Shown in pieces: positions 54,532 through 64,000 of a DNA stretch of 64,000 nt. The first letter of the stretch is position 1, and every line of letters starts with the position of its first letter. This DNA is from Botryllus schlosseri. Taxonomy: Eukaryota. The DNA is taken from positions 39,062,001 to 39,126,000 of the forward strand of contig CM119371.1 in assembly GCA_051294905.1 (NCBI GenBank), in the 5' to 3' direction. The notes under the pieces are model-generated. The model made no database searches. It was not told the origin of the DNA and saw only the letters and a program-made list of their open reading frames with translations. The translations under genes were made by a program, and so were the position numbers.

Positions 54532-55821
54532 CAGAGGTGGTCAAAGTAGTCAAGAAATCTACTCAGGTAGAAGTAGAAGTAGCGACGAAAAAAATCTACT
54601 TAAGTACGAGTAGAAGTATTTTATTTATAAGCAACCTAAAACTATTTGAGGTAGAAGTAGAATTGACTGACTTTAAAAGTACTCAAGTAAGTAAGTAGTT
54701 ACGAAAACGATCCTAATTCGTTCACATGGATTGTAAAAAGGTGCAAATTGAGCGATAGGTGACGAGCTTGATTCATATTGATGCAAACTAGCAGGTATCA
54801 TATTTTCGATAGCATAAGTATTCGTCCACATCATGGGATGAGAATGATAGCATTGATATCGAAATGCGATGCTAATCCTCTGTTTTCTCGAACAGCACGT
54901 TTTAGAAAATAGCATGGTACGGCGCCATTCCCCATATTATAAGGCCCGTAGTTTAGTAGAAGAGCAATACGGAGAAGTTGTATAGGATACGGTGTAAACA
55001 CTTTGAGCGATTAGTAAACGTTATTAAAAAATATGGTGGACCGTAAAAATGCCATATTGTGTAGCTTTATTTCCAGAAATTAAAGGCATTACTACACTTG
55101 CTTTTATATTTCAACATGCATGTTATCCAGACAAAAGAACTGATGATAATTATAACTCAAAGTATATGATACTGGGAATTGAAAGTGAAATATAAATACT
55201 ACTTCTAAAAGCAGGACATGTATTTCATGTTTTTAGTCCTGAAAGTTTCAAAGGTGGTATGCTAAAACAGCTCTAAAACTAAAAAAGAAGTCAGAGTTCA
55301 CTTTTCGAGATTAGGACACGCCATGGACATGCTAGATTACGATATGACAAGTAAATGCTAGATTGCGAAACATCAGTTTCAAACGTTATGATGAGCCATA
55401 TATACTGTGATGAATTATGTGATATGGACGAAGGGCAACAATGTGTTGTGAACGGAACCACGCCAACCCTCTACCTAAATTATATCCACCGATACTTTCG
55501 CGAAATCATATTGGTCACTCCGTATCCAGCACTGCGCGCGGAGTGCGACGAAAATCCTGGGCTTTACTAAACTTTTATGGAAATTAAATGTTGATACTCC
55601 GTGAAAACAGCCCCGAAATTCCTCAGGCTATCTTCCTGATCGGAAGATTGAACTACTTCTACTTGACAAGCTGAAAACAGCGAAAAGTAAGTAAGTAGAT
55701 CACAAAATATTACGAAGTAGAAGTAGCGAAAATCAGATCTACTTGAGTAAGTATCAGAAGTAGAGGAAAACTACTTGAGTACTGCGAAAAAGTAGAAGTA
55801 CTTCGTTAATGACCACCTCTG
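54532..55821. mobile_element. AGTAG-repeat hAT element
   Basis: TIR CAGAGGTGGTC, perfect TSD ctcattcc. Confidence 0.9.
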
Positions 55822-56124
55822 CTCATTCCTCATCGCTTCATTGCAAGAAGAATAAATGGATATAGCAGAAGTTTCAGTGTGAAAATAGGTGGCCAAAAGA
55901 ACCCATCACTACTCAAGTCGAATTAGAAGTACTGTCACAGTTCCTCATTTAATTACGTGTACAAGCAAATATTTACCAGACTACTTCAAGAAAAAGTAGA
56001 CAGTGACGTATCTCAAAAGTTTCAATTAGTTTGAAAAAAGTCGGAGCGTCGTGTCGTCAATATGTTATTAAGCAAGTACTTTGCGTCGAAAATAGTTGAG
56101 TAGAATTGGAAGTAGACTGAAAGG

Positions 56125-56961
56125 CAGGGTTGTAACCAAGGCATACAGTTCCGAGTCACAAGTCAATCTCACTTTTATAGTTTTGACTCTAGTCAAGTCG
56201 AGTCATTCTCCATTCTTAACCGAGTCAAATACGAGTCCAAGTCAGCTAGTAGAGGGTCGAGTCCGAGTCATAGTATTTCGACTCGGGTCCAAGTCCAAGT
56301 CATTAGGTTGACTATTCGGTTTGCAGTTCAATCCGGTACAACCCACTTTTTTCAACTCTGCCCGAGTGATATAGAATTGCTCGCATTCATAATATATTAA
56401 TTTTCCTCAGTTTTAACAGCTTCTTGACCTATTTTCCGAGTATGTCAGCTGATAGACGAAATACCAATAATGTGTTTGTTGACTGTACTATTCTACGTAG
56501 CTACAATGAAATGTCTGTCCCTATGTATGTATGTATGTATGTATAGGGGGATGGAGGGGGGGGGGGCTTCTCGGTAAATTGAGGCCTTTTGCACCATGTA
56601 GCCTATATTTATTCATGGAGCTATAATTCCATAGTGGACGATAAATCAAAGTTTAACAGTGATTGAACCGTGTAAGGACTTTCCAATAGCAAACTAAATG
56701 ATCGTGGAATATTATGTCTATGATCGGATTGAACTAGATGAACCCTGCATCGATCGTAGCGATTGCATGATGTAACAAAATACTCAAGCGTCTCTGGTTG
56801 ATTACATGCGTGAAATGTCTGTCTTGGCCGTCCTAGTTTCGAGTATTATGACTTGGTTCGAGACATGCACAATGACTTGAGTACAAGTCGAGTCAATAAA
56901 AAAAAGACCAGAGTCGAGTCAAGTCTCCAAAGAAATCACGACTCGGGTCATTATAACCCTG
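56125..56961. mobile_element. GACTC hAT MITE with internal retroposed insert
   Basis: TSD ctgaaagg/ctaaaagg. Confidence 0.8.
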
Positions 56962-57946
56962 CTAAAAGGACATGCACTTGTATAAGTAGCCTACCAGAGT
57001 ACTACCGTAAAGTAAAAGCAATTTGTTACCAACTGCATGTATACTGATATAAGACGTGATTCCGTGTTTTAGCTGGATGACAATAGTATCAAGTGAGACG
57101 GAGTGGCAGAAATAAGTCATCTTCCTCGTTTCTTTATAATACTCCGGTGTGTTTAAAGTGAGGTTGCCATATTTTGAGACCCGAAAAAGAGGACACTTTT
57201 CATACAGATATTGAAAGCTAGAATACCGAAGGTGAAATCGGGTGAAGGTTTTTTGAGTAATAGTATTGGGTTGACTGAAAAAAGCTCATTTTGCCGACTC
57301 TACTCCCGAAATACCCGCCTCCAACTTGTGTTCGGCGTGTTGACTAACAAAATTGTCATTTTCCGACATCGCTCCCGAAATACCTGTCGGGTCGTATTAT
57401 CTGTGTGTATTTTCTTGCCAAGCATGGTGTTCGCTGCTTCGGAGTCGAGTTTCTGCACGCATTTTAATACTTTCTTCTAGAAAAAGAGGAAAAATTCTTG
57501 AAAAGAGGACAAGTGGGCGTCTTCCGAGGTGACTTTAAAATTCTTGAAAAAAGAGCACAATTCGCCTAAAAATCGGATATGTGGTAAACCTAGTTAAAGC
57601 GGTCATCGTTGGTACTTAAGCATAGATAGAAGTTACATCGTAACGAACTACTCCCGATGTGGAGATATTGCGATTTCCAAACAAGTAGAAATTCCGCACT
57701 CAAGTCCTAGTATTACCTACTGTCAACTAGAAGTATTTTAAAATGATCTTGAGTTAGTAGCGCAAGTACACAATATCTATCTACGCAGACTGAAGAAATA
57801 CAAGTAGTTCGTTACTGATCACCTTTAAATATACTTTGTATTTCGGACGATGCCTAATCAATAATCGTCTATCTTTACTTTTGCTATGTCGTGACTTAGA
57901 ACTTTACTTTTCCCAAGTTCCTAAATGTTAACATAATACACCGACG

Positions 57947-58981
57947 ATGGATGCCTACTGCACAGTTGCAGAACATCTAGCCGTTGACACGGAGCAGGAC
58001 CACGGTATTGCCGCTCGTCTGTGGCGGAAAGTACTATGCCTCACGTCTGGTCCACTGACGGTGCTGGACATATTTGCGGGAGTCTACTCAGTCGTAATAT
58101 ACTGGATCGTAAAAGATGATTTGCTCCGTGGCACTGAGATCGCTGGAATATCTACATTCAGCTTAGCTTGCGGTTCAGTGCTATTCACGATTTCTATTAT
58201 AGTCGTGGCTTTTCCGCATCGATTTGCAATGACCCGGGGATACGTCCATGAAAGTATAGTCGGTCTTAAAACAGTTGAGATCTTAACCGGGGCAATTCCG
58301 CGAATGTGGATAGCTTTACACGTGCTGTCCGCGGGTCCACCGCTACATATGTATCAACGGATCTATCTTTACGCAGCAGGCGCTTCATCATTCGTCTCTG
58401 CGTGCGTTGGTATGGCAATGATTGACGACCTTTCCCTGATAGGCGTTGAAAATCGGAACAAGTCCATTTTTATGAGAGTTATGATGTGTTGCGTTAAAGC
58501 CTCTGTGCTTTTTGCGAGGATATTAGTGTTCGCGTATATGACAACGCAAATAGGATGGTGGACTGCTCTGCTAGTTGGAGTGCATTGGTTCTTATTTGTT
58601 ACGCTTTTCATGATAGCGGACAGGCAAAATAAATCCGCTGATTCATCGGGACTTTTAGAGACTATATTGTCAAACTGTGCCAGCGCTGCGTTATTCATAT
58701 TTTCGTGGCCATCCGTGGCTGGTGAGCTCACCGGAGTGGCTGATCTTTGTATTTCGCTGGTATTTCTACTCGAAAACATGGTGGGATTCGAAATCGCGAA
58801 GGGAAATAAGGAGATGAATTCACAGCTTTTACCGCACGTGGACACAGTCGTTCGAGTGGTCAATCTCGTGCCCACCGTGCTCGTGATAGTGTACATTATT
58901 GCGACGGTAATAATTGGTAAAATCAGTCGACGTTCTTTACGCAATGAGGTTATAATTACGGAACATGAAGTCAGTACGTAA
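57947..58981 (+). CDS. Intronless XK-related (XKR/CED-8 family) multi-pass membrane protein, 344 aa
   Basis: Longest ORF in the window, many hydrophobic segments; XK-like motifs in order: LDI, LKTVE..xP, FARILVF, VHWF, LLEN. Confidence 0.72.
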   Translation: MDAYCTVAEHLAVDTEQDHGIAARLWRKVLCLTSGPLTVLDIFAGVYSVVIYWIVKDDLLRGTEIAGISTFSLACGSVLFTISIIVVAFPHRFAMTRGYVHESIVGLKTVEILTGAIPRMWIALHVLSAGPPLHMYQRIYLYAAGASSFVSACVGMAMIDDLSLIGVENRNKSIFMRVMMCCVKASVLFARILVFAYMTTQIGWWTALLVGVHWFLFVTLFMIADRQNKSADSSGLLETILSNCASAALFIFSWPSVAGELTGVADLCISLVFLLENMVGFEIAKGNKEMNSQLLPHVDTVVRVVNLVPTVLVIVYIIATVIIGKISRRSLRNEVIITEHEVST

Positions 58982-59796
58982 CTGAGCTGGCTTTTGTCGT
59001 CTATTATTTGATCGTGGCACGATGCAATTACCCCCGTCCAAAATAGAGAAGCATTGACAACAACCCAAGCTAAGACCGCCGTTAACTCTTGTGCAACACC
59101 AATGGGTGCGGGTTCGAGTCCGACCGAGTTCGACTTCAGAATTCCGATATCCAAGTGTTGGAGGTTTACCTAGGCTCCTCCTCGCCACCTCATTCGCGTC
59201 AGCGGTGTCTTACAAAAGCCTAGAGGTGGGCCGTGCTATAAGTCGGCAGTTACGGAAAACACAAAGAATATCGGCTTGGTGTAAATGACCATAGTAGGCG
59301 ACAAACATCATGAATACCCCAAAACAAACAAACAAACAACTCTTGTACTACTCCCAACACAAGTAAAGTTTTACTCTAACTTGAAATCAAGCTAACTTGA
59401 CCGTACTGCAAACCACAGCACGAGCCAACATTTCCGTCGACCCTCACGAAATCTAGGCTAAGCCCGAAAACGATCTACCCCAACCCTGACCGTAACACAA
59501 GCTAATATTACCTCTAAGACGTAGGTTGGTTGCTGGAGTTCCAAATCCAAGCCCATGCCTTCTGAAATGCCAATTATGTATCCAATAATTGGCTCAATTG
59601 TAACTGGTCGATTGGTAATACGTCGCTATTTGGCGGGAATGCCGCTTCAACCTGTGAATAATTCGCAACAATTTGAGTTTCGTGTGTTCTATTGCAGCTA
59701 ACAATCAATGTGTTGTGACTATACATACATCCTATCTGTTCATGACATCGCATTGTACATTATGTGTGACTTGTTCATATAAAAATATAACCCAAC

Positions 59797-59827
59797 CATG
59801 TTATGTTATGTTATGTTATGTTATGTT
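59797..59827 (+). repeat. (ATGTT)n microsatellite
   Basis: Directly visible. Confidence 0.8.
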
Positions 59828-59832
59828 TACAT

Positions 59833-61711
59833 CAGAGATGAGCGGATTTGAAATTTCTATGTCCTAATCCAATCCAAATCCGAAACTTCAAATCCAAATC
59901 CAAATCCAAATCCATAACTTTTTCATATTCTAGTCCAGCGGTTCTCAACCGGGGGTCCGCGAAGCAATTTCAGGGGGTCCGCGAGACCTCTATTTTTTTT
60001 TCTGTTTGAGAAAGCATGATGCAGTTTCGCACCACAACTGCTAAAACCTCATGACTCATATCATCAGAATAATCGTCTGACATGAACTATCGTTACTAAT
60101 TATGGAGATAGCAACGTCAATCAAGGTGACTTCGCAATGTCAATCAATCAATCAATCATTTATTTGTCACACCAGTGAAAATCCGGTACGGACCAGGATG
60201 ACGACGAGGGGCCGCAAGGCCTTAGTACACAGTCGCCACCTGAAAGAGTCTGCAAAATGTCTGAAACCTTCTCGATTTGAGGTTGTCAGTCTCATCAAAT
60301 TAGTGAACAGTCATTTGAAATAAAAATTTCCGAAGTATTTCCCTAATTTGTCCCATTGCAGGTATTGAAACCTCGCCACGAAATCCATTTCATCCTGTGA
60401 TATACATAACCACTATTTGAACAGGTTCTTGGATCTACAGAACAATTGAATAGTATATTCATATTGAAATGAACCCGAATATTTTCGGCTGACACTCGTC
60501 AAAAATCGGACAGTGATATACCTGCTCTTAAAGCTCGCTCAGCTATCATATTTGGCGCATTCTTATTGCAGGTGCTCTATCGATATAAGGCTGGTTTTTT
60601 TGATGAACAAGGAGTGTTTCGTTGCTATCAGGGCATTACGCTCCAACTTTGAAATTCTTATCACCAGTTATATTGGTATGCAGCCTTGTCTTGTTAATGT
60701 TCAATTGTTCATGGTCGAAAATGTTTGCTCGTAAATTTATATGTAAACCGAAACAGAACAAGTCGTTTCATGACAGTGTTTCTCAGTGAAAGACTTGGAT
60801 CGATTCTTTGGCGCATAAAATTTGTCGATACTTTTAGATTAGGATTTCACTTTGACGAAAGAAACTCTCTGCGGGCCGATCAAAATGCCACCGTGGGCCG
60901 AATTTGGCCCGTGGTCCGTATGTTGCCCGTCCCTGCCCTCGATGCTGGACATGATATGTTCACAAAATATATGTGTTTTTTTTTCATTTTGGTACCATAA
61001 ATGTTGCGCTCACACCAAAAGTATCGTCGGAAGCGTTATGCGTTGACATTGTATTAGCCTCGATCTATCTTAGCGGGAATGGTTTTTGGCACTCTTCGTT
61101 CATATCAAAACGAAGACGCGGATTTTCAAGATACGACCAAGTACTTCAAGAAATACAGTAGCAAAATTAGCTTTGAAATAATAAAAGTCTACCAATTTCT
61201 ACCCGAGAAAAGTCATTATTTTGCTGTTTATCACAAGCCTACAGTTCATATTTGCACAAGATAGATATGAAGGTTGCACCATAATAGAGCTAAAATTGAA
61301 CTAAAACTTGAGGGGGTCCGTGAGGGTCCGTGACGGTCAAAAGGGGTCCGCGAAGCCAAAAAGGTTGAGAACCACTGTTCTAGTCCATGTTCAATCCTAA
61401 TCCGATTCCAACTGGAAATTCAGAAAAAATACTAATTTATGCAATGGAGGGATTCGAAAATTTTCTTTTACAACCAACGATTCACTTGATTCTAGATAAC
61501 TTAGTAACCATAAGTACATTAATAACTGATCTGAATAAAGTTTGTGGCCATTCGCCACACGACATTTCAATATCCCAGAAAATAGGTAAATCCAATCCAA
61601 ATCCTAATCCGTTCCAAAAAAAAAATGTCTAATCCAAATCCAATCCAAATCCGACGAAATTTCACAAATACTGTTTTTTCAAAACCTAATCCTAATCCAT
61701 GCTCATCTCTG
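59833..61711. mobile_element. AATCC-repeat hAT element hosting a Buster MITE at 59936-61377
   Basis: TIR CAGAGATGAGC; inner element has perfect TSD ttctagtc. Confidence 0.85.
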
Positions 61712-62292
61712 CTATACATGTTTTTGGGAATTGGTTTACAATTCAACTGCGAATAATTTGTCTTTCGTTTTCCTACTCTATGATTTTAATTGTCTTATTG
61801 CGTTTGATTTGATTGCTCATTTACTGTACTTTTCGTCTCTTCCATTGCCATATACATTGTCTTCCTTAGTATTCTCTCAATCTCTTTCTATTTTTCGTGC
61901 ATAGGCTCAAGAATATTGATATATACAACAATATCTTAAACCTTCTTCGTCTTGGAGCTTCTGGTTTTGTTCAGTTTAACACAAGACTAGTGTGCCCTAC
62001 ACAACGTTTGTCAAGTCCCAAAGCAAGGTTTAGTAGAGTCTACAGTATTCGACACCTGTTTAATCGATTCAGAATCAACTCGGGCTGTCGCATAAAATCA
62101 ATCTATGTTTGCCAGAATTTATTCCACATCAAGATTCACGGTTGCCTCTCATCAGCAATAAACGTTATTAAGTAAAGGCGGTATCCGAAGACAATATATA
62201 TAAATTTGTCTGTAAGTGCAGACTGAACTAGTCTCGTGAATGAAATATGACAGCGCTCATTGAAAAGTTTGCCTTTACATTTGGTTTTAAAG

Positions 62293-62767
62293 CAGGAGCG
62301 CGCAACTTCTCCAGTCGCGGACCGGATATGCGAAAATGATAAACGTGGCGGGCCGGATTCAGGAAACGATCGCTTTTTTATCTAGGCATAAAAGGAATAA
62401 ATCGTATTCAATGTAAACTTCGAGTTGAAAGCAGAGACCCAAAACAGTATTTATTGAATTTATTAACGTAATGTAGCCTACTTTAATAGCCGTTGAAGTC
62501 AATGAGACATATCGGTGGTCGAACAAAGTTGTCAACAAGTTCTCTGAACTCTGGCTGCATGTCGGACGTACAAACCCTTAATAAAGACTGCACGTGGTCA
62601 AGAGTTAGATTGGAAGGCAGTTTTGTTTTGTTAATATTCAAGGTCGAAAATGTATGCCCGCAAATGTTTGTAGTAGACCCGGGCTACGGGTCACATTATC
62701 ATAAAGACCGGAAACTGTCTGCGGGCCGATAACAATCCTCTCGCAGGCCGTATGTTTCCCACCCTTG
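62293..62767. mobile_element. Buster/Charlie MITE related to 14835-15354
   Basis: TSD ttttaaag/ttataaag. Confidence 0.75.
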
Positions 62768-62854
62768 TTATAAAGCTTAGTTTGAAAGAGTTTTCAACCA
62801 ATGAAAAAGCCTGTGGATATATTCGTTGAAAATTCAGCAGCTGAGGACTGATAT

Positions 62855-63714
62855 CAGGGTTGTAATGACTCGAGTCACCATTTTTTGATGACTCGACTTG
62901 ACCCGAGTCATTTTCTAAAAATACGGTAATGACTTGACTCGACTCGAGTCAATCTGTATATTGACTAGACTTGGACTCGAGTCATTGCGCATGACTCGAA
63001 CGTCAGACGGCCAAGACCGACATTTCAATGTAATTTCTAAGAATACTAAAGTAACTTCACTATTGAGATTTCGTCTATTGGTACTGGTACTTGAAAATGC
63101 GACCAGAAGCTGCTAAATGTCAGGAAAATTAGTATATTAGAAAGAGCTTCTTGGAGGTACAGAACTTCAATATACAATTGAATAGTATATTCATATTGAA
63201 ATGAACCCGAATATTTTCGTCCGACACTCGTCAGGGGTAATCGTCAGCAACTAGTAGAGAAATGGAAAGAACATTGTATATCAACAATCGTATCACAAAA
63301 TATGACGTCACCAGCATGAAATTTCGTGAATGAGAGAGCGTTCAATGTACTATTTTTAGGTGGTACACGAACTCCTTTTGTTGACAGAGTTTTGGTTGGT
63401 GTATTTTGATAAAAGTCGACTCCAAGGCACACAAATGGAATTGTGAACGGCCTCGCTAAACCATTCGACATCACCAAACAGAGTTATAAAAAGTGGATTT
63501 AACAAGACTTTAACTGGAAACTGAGCAGTCACACAATGACTTGGACTCGGACTCGAGTTATCATACCATGACTCGGACTCGACCCTCCGCTCGCTGACTT
63601 GGACTCGGACTTGACTCGGTGGTCAATTGAAAATGACTCGACTTGACTCGAGTCAAAACTAAAAAAGTGAGATTGACTTGTGACTCGTAGCCTTGTGACT
63701 TGGTTGCATCCCTG
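62855..63714. mobile_element. GACTC hAT MITE with nested unclassified repeat
   Basis: Perfect TSD actgatat. Confidence 0.9.
63142..63458 (+). repeat. Unclassified interspersed repeat (GAGCTTCTTGGAGGTACAGAAC...), fragments at ~11355, 14080, 41637, 42075, 51075, 60420
   Basis: Recurrent sequence AATTGAATAGTATATTCATATTGAAATGAACCCGAATATT. Confidence 0.75.
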
Positions 63715-64000
63715 ACTGATATCAATTGACGTACGGGCGTTGGGTGGCGCATTTGCTAAAATTTTAGCAACACGCTTCGACAACATCCTGACAACATCAA
63801 CCTAAATCCGATACACCCAAAACACTGAACTAATTGTAGTTTATTTGCTGAAATTTCACGTACGTATGATTACAGCCATAATCATAATATTCCACTATTT
63901 TCGAAAGAAAAAATAATCGAGTGTCAATATACAACACGAATAAAGTTTCAAAATCATTTTTTCTTCAATTGATTTTCTTGATATATATGTAGGATGCATA

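Noticed and set aside
58369..59154. 261-aa minus-strand ORF
   Set aside because: Antisense shadow of the XK-like CDS; non-ATG start and no motifs

Overview
Eukaryotic (metazoan invertebrate, plausibly tunicate; inference only) AT-rich genomic DNA with GT-AG introns and dense DNA-transposon relics. (1) A complete 8-exon class A GPCR lies on the minus strand (26571->8995, 373 aa). The first two exons of a tandem paralog (3094->2421) run off the left edge. (2) An intact intronless XK-related (XKR/CED-8 scramblase-like) ORF lies at 57947-58981. Manual six-frame reading suggests about a dozen further decayed, frameshifted copies of this family, mostly 2-5 kb apart from 26.8 to 54.5 kb (minus strand left of about 45 kb, plus strand right of it), plus two possible relics at about 3.5 and 7.6 kb. 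(3) More than 20 non-autonomous hAT MITEs with 8-bp TSDs, several nested three deep, a 663-bp foldback hAT, Chapaev3, pogo and Buster transposase remnants, a 5.1-kb EnSpm/CMC-like element filling GPCR intron 1, and LINE 3' ends. All homology calls come from by-eye motif comparison; no database search was run.
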